Shown here piece by piece: positions 17,701 to 26,798 of a stretch of 62,141 nucleotides of DNA. Within the stretch, counting starts at the first letter, position 1; every line of letters begins with the position of its first letter. Location of the stretch: NCBI GenBank assembly GCA_964508495.1, contig CAZDUA010000031.1, positions 1 to 62,141 on the forward strand, in the 5' to 3' direction. The position numbers were made by a program, and so were the translations under genes. Under the pieces are notes generated by a model, which saw nothing but the letters and a program-made list of their open reading frames with translations, did not search any database and was not told where the DNA came from. This DNA is from an uncultured Methanosarcinales archaeon. GTDB taxonomy: Archaea > Nanobdellota > Nanobdellia > Woesearchaeales > ARS49.

Positions 17701-17909
17701 AGGAAGCCGGTTAGCGTTTTTGTTGCGCCGGTTGGTGCGGATACAAGGATGTTGTTTCTGGAGTGTATCTCAAGCACTCCGTAGAGCTGTGGTAAGGAGA
17801 AACTAGTAAATCTGGAGAAGAACCATTTCTTTATTGTTGAGTTTAGTATGCCTTCTACTTCTTCTTTGGTGTTGGGTTTCTCTTTCCGTTTTATTAGATT
17901 ATCTTCCAT
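14778..17909 (-). CDS. lhr: Lhr-like ATP-dependent SF2 helicase (Lhr-core plus C-terminal extension); probable start ATG 17909
   Basis: APTGATKT, YISPLKAL, TTPESL, DEIH, LSAT, FTNTR, HHGS, SLELGIDIG, QRAGRSGH, NIGTIPD. TATA at 17961-17968 argues against the 18086 start. Confidence 0.9.
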   Translation of the reverse strand: MEDNLIKRKEKPNTKEEVEGILNSTIKKWFFSRFTSFSLPQLYGVLEIHSRNNILVSAPTGATKTLTGFLSILNELVDSAEKGILQDKVYAIYISPLKALSNDISKNLKEPLEQIENLAGKSLGIRVGVRTGDTTANEKSKMLKKPPHILITTPESLAIMLASVKFREHLKNVDWCIVDEIHALAENKRGTHLSLSLECLQHLSTHMCRVGLSATVAPIEEIGKYLVGVGRPCTVIDIQFLKNLDLQVMSPVENLIDTPHGTAHHAMYELIDELIQSHKTTLVFTNTRAATERVVDHLKTRFPKKYIGNIGAHHGSMSKRMRLDIEEKLRNGELKAVVCSTSLELGIDIGYIDLVICLGSPKSVARFLQRAGRSGHKLHETVKARIIVMDRDDLVECSVLLKSAVEKKIDKVHIPTNALDVLAQQLIGMALQQVWEEKELYKTVKKSYCYKDLKLNDFNQILSYLAGEYVDLEDRNIYAKIWRADGKIGKRGKMTRVIYMTNIGTIPDESFVTVKIGTETVGMLDEGFVERLKPGDVFVLGGETYMFKFTRGMVAQVGTSVNRPPTVPRWASEMLPLSFDLANTIGRFRRLMLDRLSAGENKAIILKFINEHLYVDDKAANAIYEYFKEQYDYCKKIPNDKTILVEYYADERDQKIIFHTLLGRRVNDCLSRAVAFALSRTEHKDVELGISDNGFYINGNKKLNPVKAIKLLKADKINMIMNNAIEKSEVFKRRFRHCATRSLMILRNYMGRQKRVGRQQVSSMILMSALKQLDPNFAILNEAKRECLEDLMDIENTKKVLQGIEDGTIKITEIETTIPTPFGLNLALQGYMDVLRIEDKYEFLRRMHEQILAKISGKETKHISPTKYIEGAKEERNDFKEILKREAWNVKHTPKFAKAELVRIIDGERTNIDPRFIEGCKKYQKEIEANWPDELKKFLFTVLEDLKTGDFSYQDFWNEETAKEEEKVEEEKQKLFEQFNKAAKRAKLDAQIRYDIYKMIAGDKEGFRPETLKWMKELFSKTVPRSWDDEIAKFLQKRLKELA

Positions 17910-18030
17910 ATTGAAAATAATTAATAGTGCTTTATCCTGTCCATTAATGCTTATCGTCGATATAAAAAGGTTACGAATAGTTGTCCAGTGAGCCAAAAAG
18001 CTTTTAATTAACCGCTGTAAAGTCTCGAAA

Positions 18031-18849
18031 ATGAGTGAAGATTTACCAGAAAGAGCGCAGACTGCGCTAGAAGCTATTAGAGACATTAAGGGTCGTAGCC
18101 CTATTCATTCTTCTAGGGATTTAGGAGAGGTTTGCAATCAGCTGACAGACATGTTTCATGCTGCCGCTCAAGCCAGGGAATTGTATCCGTATAGGATGCA
18201 GGCGACTTGTGTTTTGAGAACTTTGGAAAGAATGAGGGAAACGCTGAAGCAGTGCTCTCCTGATTATTTGAAAGGTGAGCAGGAAGAAGTTATTCGTTCA
18301 GAGGGTCAGAATGGAAGGGTTATTTCTCAGGAGCATTTTGTTGGTTGCGGCTTGCAAACAAGGTTTTATGGGGTTGAGTTCAGCTTTGGATTGTTTGATG
18401 ACAGGGAGCGTGCTCTTAAGTTGCTGAATCGTCAGATTGTTTATGCTGAGCATAATGTTGCTTCATTGAATAAAGTGAAGAATCAAGCCGAGCAGAACAT
18501 TAAGGTTGATGCCCACAATGGCCCGACTGGCGGGAAATACTTCCTGTTTGATGGTGCAGTCATAGTTCCAATTAATTTGGTTAAGGGCGGTCATGTTCTT
18601 TATCGTGCTTCTTTGTACAAAGTAGATCAGTGTACGCATGTGAAATTACTTCCTGAGCCTTCCACAATTTTCGAGTCTTTCAAGGACGCGGCTGAAGAGA
18701 TTGACAGGAATGCAGGTGTTGTTGTAACTGTAAAAGGTTCTGAGAAATATCCGATTAGCGAAACTGCTTTGCATGTTGTTCTGGACAAGTATCAGAAGCT
18801 GGCAGCTAATTCAGGAATTCCTGTTTGCACTGAGTGTGTTGGGTTTTAA
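18031..18849 (+). CDS. Hypothetical protein
   Basis: 272-aa ORF with + strand codon pattern; AAGCTTTTAA promoter about 23 nt upstream; no recognised motif. Confidence 0.6.
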   Translation: MSEDLPERAQTALEAIRDIKGRSPIHSSRDLGEVCNQLTDMFHAAAQARELYPYRMQATCVLRTLERMRETLKQCSPDYLKGEQEEVIRSEGQNGRVISQEHFVGCGLQTRFYGVEFSFGLFDDRERALKLLNRQIVYAEHNVASLNKVKNQAEQNIKVDAHNGPTGGKYFLFDGAVIVPINLVKGGHVLYRASLYKVDQCTHVKLLPEPSTIFESFKDAAEEIDRNAGVVVTVKGSEKYPISETALHVVLDKYQKLAANSGIPVCTECVGF

Positions 18850-18908
18850 TTTATGTCAAAAGCTTTAAAAATACGCCCTTGTCCTCGAGTAAACGTGGGT
18901 GAATTGGG

Positions 18909-20201
18909 TTGAAAACTTTGAAATCTTTGGTTGCATTGGCGTGTTTGGCTTTTGCCGGATGCGAGTCTGTTCCTGTTGAAAAGCCAAAACCGGTTGTTGT
19001 ACAGAAGGCAGAGCCAAGAATCAATATTGAGGAAATAATTAATCCTTTGAAGGATTACATTTACGCGCAATACGATGTTTCTATTGGTGGACAGCGCGCT
19101 GATCTTGAGATTGCTGGACAAAGAATGGCCGATTCTTTGAGAAAAGCTAAATTCTCAGATGAAACAGTTCAGCAAATTAAGAATGGCAAGTCTGCACCTG
19201 ATCTTGAGAAATTATTCGAAAAAGAAGGTTTGGTTTTCAGGCGTGTGAATTTTCTTGGCAAGATTGGAAATCACAGTTATGAGTTATGGAAAGTCGGATC
19301 AAGGGCTTCTAAAGAGCGCACTGTTTTTGACATTACAAAAAAATATACTAAAGTCAGGATTCAGGAAGAGCTTATTACCAATTTGTTCACTTATGCTGCT
19401 CAGAAAATTCCTTCCCAAACGTCAGGTGTTATTGGTTCTCATATGGTTGGCACTGATGTTATCGAATATCGTCCGTGGCAGGATGCATCTCTTGCGAAGA
19501 ACTTTTACGAGGGCATTAAATCTTTGGAGAAAGAGCTTGAGGAGGAATTTAAGGATCCGGACGTTTTGGACAAGTATGTTGGCCGTACAAAAGCAATGAA
19601 TCCCATGTTTTGCGATCGTGTTTCTAAAGTTTTGAATTACGAGTCAGTCAGAGAGCAGTATAAGTCTTCAAAATCTGTTGATGAGTTTGTCTTGAAAGTC
19701 ATTCCTGGTTGGGAAGAAGTTAGCGACATTCAGCAATTTATGTACATGGTGGATGAGTTTAACTTTGATAAGGACGGCTTGGATAAGCTTACAGATACCA
19801 ATAGGCTTAGATTGACTGTCGACAAGGCAATGCATCAGGAATTGCGTTCTATGCTTGCGAGGATGGGATATGGCGATGCGTATAAGGGCTTGGCTGAGGT
19901 TTTCAAGTATATGAGTTTTGATAAGCCTAATATTGTTAATCCTTCTGTCAGCGCTGCAAAGGGCATAACTATTAATTTTATTGATCAGATTCAAAGCGAG
20001 CGTGATAAGTACCACAATATTTCTGTTGTTGGTTACGTTAAGGGCAGGGAGGCTTCTGTTTGCAAGCAGTTCGGCCTGTTTACAGAAGAGCAAATCAGGT
20101 CTTTGTCAAAGTCTGCTTTCGAGAATATTTACAAGGGCAGGTCTTTGAAGGATTACATGCAGATCCGTGTTAATCAGTTGTTGAAGGAACAGGAAAGGTA
20201 G
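18909..20201 (+). CDS. Hypothetical secreted/lipoprotein-like protein
   Basis: 430-aa ORF; N-terminal MKTLKSLVALACLAFAGC lipobox-like signal. Confidence 0.65.
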   Translation: MKTLKSLVALACLAFAGCESVPVEKPKPVVVQKAEPRINIEEIINPLKDYIYAQYDVSIGGQRADLEIAGQRMADSLRKAKFSDETVQQIKNGKSAPDLEKLFEKEGLVFRRVNFLGKIGNHSYELWKVGSRASKERTVFDITKKYTKVRIQEELITNLFTYAAQKIPSQTSGVIGSHMVGTDVIEYRPWQDASLAKNFYEGIKSLEKELEEEFKDPDVLDKYVGRTKAMNPMFCDRVSKVLNYESVREQYKSSKSVDEFVLKVIPGWEEVSDIQQFMYMVDEFNFDKDGLDKLTDTNRLRLTVDKAMHQELRSMLARMGYGDAYKGLAEVFKYMSFDKPNIVNPSVSAAKGITINFIDQIQSERDKYHNISVVGYVKGREASVCKQFGLFTEEQIRSLSKSAFENIYKGRSLKDYMQIRVNQLLKEQER

Positions 20202-20213
20202 AGGTGAGTGTAG

Positions 20214-20627
20214 ATGACAGGGATTATAAAAACAGTATTGGAAGAAATCGTTTCAGAATGTGTTCTTAATGGCGCTCAAGTGACTCTAGCGCCTGGTTAT
20301 GAGGTTCCTGAGGGCTGCCCTCATGTTGCTGTGCAGGCTTCTTATCCTAAGGCGCTTGAACTGTACGTGATTATGGATTTTGAGAATTCTGAAAGGCCTT
20401 ATCTTGCTATGATGAAAGGCATGGTTTCGTTACAGCATGTTAAACAGGACTTGGTTAAAGGCGGGGAAACGCGCAGGATTTTCACGCAGCTTGAGGGTTC
20501 TCATTCGCCTGTTGTTGACTGGGCTGAATTGTTGCAGGATGAAGAGTTTTTGGACTTGTACGATAGGTTTTTCCCTCAAACAGAAAATGCCATTAGAGAG
20601 CCTGCAATTATGGCGGTTACAAGATAA
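20214..20627 (+). CDS. Hypothetical protein
   Basis: 137-aa ORF with GAGGTGA RBS, directly after the previous gene. Confidence 0.6.
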   Translation: MTGIIKTVLEEIVSECVLNGAQVTLAPGYEVPEGCPHVAVQASYPKALELYVIMDFENSERPYLAMMKGMVSLQHVKQDLVKGGETRRIFTQLEGSHSPVVDWAELLQDEEFLDLYDRFFPQTENAIREPAIMAVTR

Positions 20628-21139
20628 GCAATTTTGTTCCACGTCCATACTGTGTATCCGTCGAATGGCGGGAATGGTATCATATTGAATATTCCTAATA
20701 GCGCGTTTATTCTGAAGCCGTAGTCAACAAGGGACGTTAATAATGCGTGAAGTGGCATAAAACTTAATCCTAAGAATATTCCTGCCAAAATAATGTTCAT
20801 TGCTGGTCCTGCGAGTGCTATCTTGCCGTGTTGTTGTCTTGTCGCGCCGTGGATGTAGACTCCTCCGGGCGCTAATAGTATTAATCCAGTAAAGCTCAGT
20901 AAAACTCCAATGACGAGTGCTTGGTTGTTTGCTCTGAATTCTGCCCAGCAATGATATTTTTGCGCTACGTACTTATGAGCCAGCTCGTGTAGCAGAAATC
21001 CTATTCCTGCTGTTACAAACATTAGCGGAAGTGCGGTCAACAATTTGTAATTCAATCCTACCGTAGCTATTCCGAAGACTAAAGATACTGCCAGCCATGC
21101 TTTTACTATTTCTTTTATTTCAAAGTTAGAGAATTTCAT
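20576..21139 (-). CDS. Peptidase M50 (site-2 protease family) membrane zinc metalloprotease; probable start ATG 21139
   Basis: HELAH (HExxH), ALAGPAMN, NMIPFPPFDG (NxxPxxxxDG). Confidence 0.9.
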   Translation of the reverse strand: MKFSNFEIKEIVKAWLAVSLVFGIATVGLNYKLLTALPLMFVTAGIGFLLHELAHKYVAQKYHCWAEFRANNQALVIGVLLSFTGLILLAPGGVYIHGATRQQHGKIALAGPAMNIILAGIFLGLSFMPLHALLTSLVDYGFRINALLGIFNMIPFPPFDGYTVWTWNKIAYLVTAIIAGSLMAFSV

Positions 21140-21783
21140 GCGCAGTTGGTTGCTTGGCTCCACGCGACGTATAAGTTTGTGAGAACTGCTTGTAAATTGC
21201 CATATTGTATGTTGTCTTGCGCTAATTGAAGTGAGTTCGTTGCTTTTTCTGGGCAATTGCTTGTTTCTACGGTTTTTGTGACCCACCATAGATCTATTTG
21301 TATTATTCTTGCGATGGAGTTTTCTGAGTGTTGTCTGATGTTTTCATCGCAGGGTATTACTCCTATGCTTTCAAAGCTTGCGTCAAAGAATTTGTTGTCC
21401 GGCATTACTATGTTCATTCCTCCTGGTGATACAAACCTGCCGTTTGGTATTCCTAGAGTATACGGCTTCAAGCATGCGCCTTGTAATAATTTTTCAAACA
21501 ACCATCTTTCGTTGTCGAAGAATTTTTCTCCGTAACTTAGCCTATCAATGTAATAGTATTCTTCATCTGAGCCAGCTCTAAGGTATTTTCTTATGTCTTC
21601 TGCCAACCTTTTATGTACTGGGCTGAATGGCACTGGAAACGCAAGATACAATTGCATTCTTTCCATTCTTGCCTGTGCGCCTTCGTTCGCAATTGCGCCA
21701 GTGGTGGTTTGTTCTCCGAGATTCATTATGAAGAACATTGGCAGTCCTATTGTGAGTACTATTATTGTCAGCTCTTTTAACAT
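21136..21783 (-). CDS. Hypothetical protein with N-terminal membrane anchor
   Basis: N-terminal hydrophobic helix followed by TTTGAI; ATGA-type overlap with the M50 gene. Confidence 0.6.
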   Translation of the reverse strand: MLKELTIIVLTIGLPMFFIMNLGEQTTTGAIANEGAQARMERMQLYLAFPVPFSPVHKRLAEDIRKYLRAGSDEEYYYIDRLSYGEKFFDNERWLFEKLLQGACLKPYTLGIPNGRFVSPGGMNIVMPDNKFFDASFESIGVIPCDENIRQHSENSIARIIQIDLWWVTKTVETSNCPEKATNSLQLAQDNIQYGNLQAVLTNLYVAWSQATNCA

Positions 21784-21857
21784 ATCATATGTTAATTATC
21801 AGTAGTATAAAAAGTATGTCGATACATTTAATAATAATCAGCGTTATTTATTGTTCT

Positions 21858-22091
21858 ATGGGATGGAAAACTTATTTGGTCATGTATTTTGGGACTAGGG
21901 GCGTGAATGCTTCTGAGATTGCTAAAAGAGTTGAGTCAGCAGGCTTTGAAACAAAGTTCGGCCCGTTTGATTTTGTTTTTGACTGGAAGGATAAATCTCC
22001 TTCTAAGCATGAAGTTCTTGCGTTAGGCGACAAGGTTTCAGAAATTCTTAAAGACTCTGGCGCTGTTTTTAATTTGGATACTCACGATTAA
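21858..22091 (+). CDS. Small hypothetical protein (probable start ATG 21858)
   Basis: MGWKTYLVMYFGTRG...ferredoxin-like alternating pattern; no family assigned. Confidence 0.55.
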   Translation: MGWKTYLVMYFGTRGVNASEIAKRVESAGFETKFGPFDFVFDWKDKSPSKHEVLALGDKVSEILKDSGAVFNLDTHD

Positions 22092-22354
22092 AGTCCAAAC
22101 GCTTCTGTGAACTGTTTCATCTGTTTGAAATTCTGTAAGAACTTTCTGCCGTCATCTGTTAGCTCGAAATAAGTTTTTTCTTTGTGGTGTGTTTCCATCA
22201 AGAGATTTCTTTGTTTTAGTTCTTCTAAGTACAATTTCATTCTTTGATGAGAAAGGTTTGACTTGTAGAGTAAGTGGGTTGGTATTATTTTGCCGCCTTT
22301 GTCTTCTATTGCGTGCAGCATGTCATACACTATGTCTAATTTCGTGCGTTTCAT
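22088..22354 (-). CDS. Winged helix-turn-helix DNA-binding protein (archaeal ArsR-like)
   Basis: MKRTKLDIVYDML...THLLYKSNLS...YLEEL...YFELTDDGRKFL. Confidence 0.8.
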   Translation of the reverse strand: MKRTKLDIVYDMLHAIEDKGGKIIPTHLLYKSNLSHQRMKLYLEELKQRNLLMETHHKEKTYFELTDDGRKFLQNFKQMKQFTEAFGL

Positions 22355-23001
22355 TTTAGCATTGCCTTGATTAGTGCGAATAATATTACGAGATAGCCTG
22401 CTGCTTGTGTTATGTGTGCTGCGACGAATAGGGAGTTGTAGATTGTTTCAAGCAGGAATAGGACTTGTGCTATTGCTAGCAAGGTGAATGATATTAATAC
22501 AAGGCAGGCTGTTGCTTTGCAGACTTTTTTGTAGTTTTGGTAGTAAGCGAATGATATGAATGCAAGGAATATCGTGCTTAGCCCGTAGAAGCTTAGGAAG
22601 TAGCTTCCGCTCAACAGTAAGCTTGGCACCATTATTAGGAATAATAGTGCGATTAGTCTTTTATCTGTTATTTTGTGGGTTACTATTAGCAGAAGTACGT
22701 ACGCTGTTAGTGCCAGCAATATATGTACCACGTATCCTGTGAAGAATACTTTTGCTGCAATTTCTGCCGGTAGTTTAAAAAAGACATCTTCTAATAGCGC
22801 GTCTGTTATCGCGCGTGATAGAAAGCTTAAAGTCAGTAGTCCGAAGCTTGATGTGAAATAACCGTATTTTTTCTCTCTCGTCATTAAGTATATCCTAAAT
22901 GATGCGAGTGTTACGCAGAGTGCGATTAGTGCCGCGCCTGCTTCTAGTATTGCGTCTACTCCGAAGAACCATGTTGGACCGTGTATGTATACGCTCACCA
23001 T
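22351..23001 (-). CDS. Polytopic membrane protein (about 6-7 TM), possible sensor
   Basis: Multiple hydrophobic helices; 4-nt overlap with the downstream wHTH gene. Confidence 0.7.
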   Translation of the reverse strand: MVSVYIHGPTWFFGVDAILEAGAALIALCVTLASFRIYLMTREKKYGYFTSSFGLLTLSFLSRAITDALLEDVFFKLPAEIAAKVFFTGYVVHILLALTAYVLLLIVTHKITDKRLIALLFLIMVPSLLLSGSYFLSFYGLSTIFLAFISFAYYQNYKKVCKATACLVLISFTLLAIAQVLFLLETIYNSLFVAAHITQAAGYLVILFALIKAMLK

Positions 23002-23064
23002 GTACTTTTGTCCTTTTCAACGCTTTTAAGCTTTATGGATTTGTGCTCTATGCTTAGAACGTGC

Positions 23065-23667
23065 TTATTTTGGCTCGCTTGCTTTATTTGGTTGCTTGAT
23101 TATTGCCATGGCGTAGGCCAGTGTGTGTGCTGCGCGCTTGAACTGTTCGCGCGTGTAAGGTATTCGCACCATGTGTACGTCATCCTTTTTTTTTGCAAGC
23201 GGCGAATCAAGTGGTACTGCGAGTACTCTGTCGTAATTTCCTTCTCCAAGAACGTCATCTAATGGCACTTTTCTTTCCCAGTGTGCAAGATTGCCAAAAT
23301 ATCTTTCTCTGAGGTTTGGCCAGTTTGCTATTCGAATGTCTACTATTACTGGTCTGCCGTTTATTGATATTGCGGCATCGTATGTTGTGATTATGTCTCT
23401 GCCTATTCCGCTTACTATTATTTGGCTTCCGTTGTCTTTGAATTTGTACCTGTCGTGTTCTAGTTTGTATGGTTCTGCCCAGCCCGTTGTGGTCTGTATA
23501 AAACCAAAAAGCGTTGCTCGAAGTGCTTGTTTTGCTACTTCGCCAGTCATTGTTTCAGCGTTTATTTCTCTTCCAACAAGTCTTTCTATTGTAAGTGCGT
23601 TGTCAATCTTTTTTTGTGATAGCATTGTCATTAACGCTATCAATCCGTCGTTCGTTTGTGTTTGCAT
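23065..23667 (-). CDS. Hypothetical protein
   Basis: 200-aa ORF; weak restriction-endonuclease-like YD...VIVDIR pattern. Confidence 0.55.
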   Translation of the reverse strand: MQTQTNDGLIALMTMLSQKKIDNALTIERLVGREINAETMTGEVAKQALRATLFGFIQTTTGWAEPYKLEHDRYKFKDNGSQIIVSGIGRDIITTYDAAISINGRPVIVDIRIANWPNLRERYFGNLAHWERKVPLDDVLGEGNYDRVLAVPLDSPLAKKKDDVHMVRIPYTREQFKRAAHTLAYAMAIIKQPNKASEPK

Positions 23668-23711
23668 CTCGCTTTCGCACGATGGGTGTTATTTAAAGCT
23701 TTTGACTCATC

Positions 23712-24779
23712 TTAGAAAAAGCCGAATTTCTTTTTGCCTTCTTTTTCGAACTCTTCCAAGAGTTCTTTTTGTTTTTTGTTGATTTTTTGGGGCACTTCTA
23801 CGCTAATTTTGATTACGAAATCCCCTTTTTGTCCGCTTCTTAATTCTGGGAGTCCTTCTTCTTCAAGTCTTATTTCTGAATTGTTTTGCGTTCCTTGTTC
23901 TACTTTGACTTTTTTCTTGCCGTGCAACGTTTCCACTGTTATTTCACCGCCTAAACAGGCCGTCGTAAAGCTTATTGGTTGTTCTATAACCAGGTCGTTG
24001 CCATCTCGTACGAATCTTTTGTCATCTGGAACGTGAACCAGCACGTATAAGTCTCCTGATGGCGCTCCTTGTTCTCCTGCTTCTCCTTCGCCTGTGACTC
24101 TTAATCGCATATCATCATGTATTCCCGCAGGAATTTTAACCTTGACTGGTTCTCTGCTGACTATTCTGCCTTCTCCATCGCATTCTTTGCATACTTCTTC
24201 AGGTGTTTCTCCGCTTCCCCTGCATTTGTTGCACGTGCTTGTTGTTGCGAATATGCCAAATGGTGTTCTTTTTGCAGTTCTTACTATTCCTTGTCCTTGA
24301 CAGGTGCTGCATTGTGAGAAGTTTTTGCCTCCTTTGCCATGGCATTCTTCGCATTGTATCATGCGTTGTGATTCTATTTCTTTTGTTGTGCCTTTTGCGA
24401 CTTCTTCCAGTGTTATGTCTGCTTCTGCTACTAAGTCTCTTCCTGGTCTTCCTCTTCTTGATGTTTTGAAGCCGAATCCTGACATCAAATCGCTGAATAT
24501 GTCGTCGAAGTTGAAGTTTCCTGAGAAGTCTCTAAAATCGAATCCTGAGAATTGTTGTCCATTAAAGCCTGTGCTTCCGAACTGGTCGTATTGTTGTCTT
24601 TTTTCAGCATCGCCTAGTACTGCTGCTGCTTCGTTTATTTCTTTGAATTTTTCTGTCGCGCTGGCTTCTTTGTTCAGGTCCGGATGATATTTTTTAGCTA
24701 GCTTCTTGTATGCCGACTTGATTTCTTCTTGTGTGGCGCTTTTTTCAACGCCGAGAAGTTTGTAGTAGTCTTTGGTCAT
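23712..24779 (-). CDS. dnaJ: Chaperone DnaJ
   Basis: J domain with HPD, G/F region, four CxxCxGxG repeats, GDLYV. Confidence 0.97.
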   Translation of the reverse strand: MTKDYYKLLGVEKSATQEEIKSAYKKLAKKYHPDLNKEASATEKFKEINEAAAVLGDAEKRQQYDQFGSTGFNGQQFSGFDFRDFSGNFNFDDIFSDLMSGFGFKTSRRGRPGRDLVAEADITLEEVAKGTTKEIESQRMIQCEECHGKGGKNFSQCSTCQGQGIVRTAKRTPFGIFATTSTCNKCRGSGETPEEVCKECDGEGRIVSREPVKVKIPAGIHDDMRLRVTGEGEAGEQGAPSGDLYVLVHVPDDKRFVRDGNDLVIEQPISFTTACLGGEITVETLHGKKKVKVEQGTQNNSEIRLEEEGLPELRSGQKGDFVIKISVEVPQKINKKQKELLEEFEKEGKKKFGFF

Positions 24780-24808
24780 CCAAACCTCTGAGTTACCGGC
24801 GAGGAGGG

Positions 24809-24830
24809 TTCAATGACGTGAGTCATTGAA
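24809..24830. repeat. Perfect 9-bp inverted repeat TTCAATGAC-gtga-GTCATTGAA
   Basis: Read directly; overlaps the stop codon of the small gene upstream of dnaJ. Confidence 0.8.
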
Positions 24831-24981
24831 ATCGTCCTTTGACTTTATGCTCTTCATTGTTTAGAACGTGTTCGAATTCTGCTTGGACTACTTTGTTTAT
24901 CGCCCATTGGCCTGCGAGTTTTATGGCTACGTATATTGCGACCAGTGCGATTGCGGCGTATGCGATTATTTTGTATTCCAT
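24823..24981 (-). CDS. 52-aa single-TM protein inside the dnaK-dnaJ operon
   Basis: Not in ORF track. [52 protein letters not shown]; its ATG overlaps the dnaK TAA (TAATG). Confidence 0.7.
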   Translation of the reverse strand: MEYKIIAYAAIALVAIYVAIKLAGQWAINKVVQAEFEHVLNNEEHKVKGRFQ

Positions 24982-26798
24982 TAGACTTTCTCAGTGTCTA
25001 CTACGTTTTCTTCCTCTTTTGGCGCTCCTTTTGCCTTGCCTGCTTTTTGGTATAAAGCAGTTGCGGCTGTGTGGAGTGCGTGGTTGCACTCGTCAAGCTT
25101 TTTCTTTATGCTGGCAGGGTCGCGTGTTGTTTCTCCGAGTAGCTGTTTGAGTTCTGCGATTTTGTCCTTTACATCTTTTACTTCTTTTTCGCTTACTTTT
25201 CCTTCGAACTCTTTCAATTGTTTCTCAGCCGTGTAGACCATTGTGTCTGCTTGGTTGATTGTCTCTATTTCTTCTTTCTTTTTCGTGTCTGCTTCTGCGA
25301 ATTCTTCTGCTTGTTTTCGCATTCTTTCTACTTCTGCAGGCTCAAGCTTGTTTGGCGCGGTTATTCTCATTGATTGTTCTTTGCCCGTGCCTAGGTCTTT
25401 TGCTGAGACGTTCAGTATACCGTTCGCGTCGATGTCGAATGCGACCTCAATCTGCGGTATTCCTCTTGGCGCTAGCGGTATTCCTACAAGATCGAATTGT
25501 CCAAGCATCTTATTGTCTGCGAACATTGGTCTTTCTCCTTGTGAGACTCTTATTGTGACTGCTTCTTGGTCGTCTGCTGCTGTGCTGAATGTCTGGCTTT
25601 TCTTTACTGGGATTGTCGTGTTTCTTTCGATTAATTTAGTAAAGACTCCGCCAAGTGTTTCTATGCCAAGGCTCAATGGTGTTACGTCTAACAATAGTAT
25701 GTCTTTTACTTCTCCTGCTAGTACTCCTGCTTGGATTGCCGCTCCCATTGCGACGCATTCCATTGGGTCTATTGACCTTTCTACTTTGTTTCCAAACCAT
25801 TGTTCTAGATATTTCTGAACTATTGGCATTCTGGTTGGTCCTCCTACGAGGATGACTTTGTCTAGGTCTTTTACTGCCATTTTTGAGTCTGATAGTGCTT
25901 GGTCGACTGATTTTTTGCATTTTTTGACTAGTGGGTCTACCATCTCTTCTAGTTTGGCCCTTGTCAGTTTCATTTGCAAGTGTTTTGGTCCTGCTTGTGT
26001 TGCTGTTATGAATGGCAGGTTTATGTCAGTCTCAAGTGTTGTGCTTAGCTCGATTTTTGCTTTTTCAGATGCTTCTCTGATACGTTGCATTGCGACTGCG
26101 TCTTGGGCCAGGTCTATTCCTGATTCTTTTTGGAAGTCTTTGACTACGAAGCTGATCAGGGCGTTGTCCATGTCTGTTCCGCCTAGTTGTGTGTCTCCTG
26201 ACGTGCTTGCTACTTCGAATACTCCTTCTGAGAAGTCCATTATTGTGACATCTAAAGTGCCTCCGCCAAGGTCAAAAACGAGTATTTTCTGTTGTTGGTT
26301 TGCTTTGTCCAGTCCATACGCGAGTGCGGCTGCTGTTGGCTCATTAACTATTCTTACTACTTCAAGTCCTGCTATTTGTCCTGCGTCTTTTGTTGCTTGT
26401 CTTTGGTTGTCGTCAAAGTATGCTGGTACTGTGATGACTGCTTTTTTGATTGGCTCGCCAAGGAATGATTCTGCGTCTTTCTTTATCTTCTGCAGAATAA
26501 ATGCAGATATCTGTTGTGGCGTGTATTCTTTGCCGTAGATGCTATATTTGAAGTTTGTTCCCATCTTTCTTTTTGCCGCATAGACTGTTCCGTGCGGGTT
26601 TGAGACTGCTTGTCTTCGTGCTGGTTCTCCGACGAGTAATTGTCCGTCTTTTGTGAAGGCTACGAATGACGGGAATGCTTTTCCGTACATTGATACTCCT
26701 TCCGCTGATGGTATTATCTTTGGTCTGCCTGCTTCTAGTGCTGATGCCGCAGAGTTTGATGTTCCTAGGTCGATTCCAATTATTTTTTCTTTGCTCAT
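24981..26798 (-). CDS. dnaK: Chaperone DnaK (Hsp70)
   Basis: [69 protein letters not shown]. Confidence 0.98.
   Translation of the reverse strand: MSKEKIIGIDLGTSNSAASALEAGRPKIIPSAEGVSMYGKAFPSFVAFTKDGQLLVGEPARRQAVSNPHGTVYAAKRKMGTNFKYSIYGKEYTPQQISAFILQKIKKDAESFLGEPIKKAVITVPAYFDDNQRQATKDAGQIAGLEVVRIVNEPTAAALAYGLDKANQQQKILVFDLGGGTLDVTIMDFSEGVFEVASTSGDTQLGGTDMDNALISFVVKDFQKESGIDLAQDAVAMQRIREASEKAKIELSTTLETDINLPFITATQAGPKHLQMKLTRAKLEEMVDPLVKKCKKSVDQALSDSKMAVKDLDKVILVGGPTRMPIVQKYLEQWFGNKVERSIDPMECVAMGAAIQAGVLAGEVKDILLLDVTPLSLGIETLGGVFTKLIERNTTIPVKKSQTFSTAADDQEAVTIRVSQGERPMFADNKMLGQFDLVGIPLAPRGIPQIEVAFDIDANGILNVSAKDLGTGKEQSMRITAPNKLEPAEVERMRKQAEEFAEADTKKKEEIETINQADTMVYTAEKQLKEFEGKVSEKEVKDVKDKIAELKQLLGETTRDPASIKKKLDECNHALHTAATALYQKAGKAKGAPKEEENVVDTEKV

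Noticed and set aside
3-17909. Metallophosphoesterase and Lhr as the known Lhr-MPE repair cluster
   Set aside because: The genes are about 14.5 kb apart with unrelated genes between them, so no operon link can be supported.
17910-18086. N-terminal extensions in the ORF track (Lhr, also GrpE, M50, AsnC, Trx, PhoU)
   Set aside because: The upstream starts overlap promoters or neighbouring genes; downstream starts have better RBS/TATA spacing and match family N-termini.
24809-24830. Palindrome in the chaperone operon as a CIRCE/HrcA operator
   Set aside because: It does not match TTAGCACTC-N9-GAGTGCTAA and lies inside the operon rather than at the grpE promoter; kept only as an unexplained repeat.
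25243-26538. Long + strand ORFs antisense to dnaK (191 and 228 aa)
   Set aside because: Antisense ORFs opposite Hsp70 genes are a known by-product of codon bias; they have no start context or motifs.
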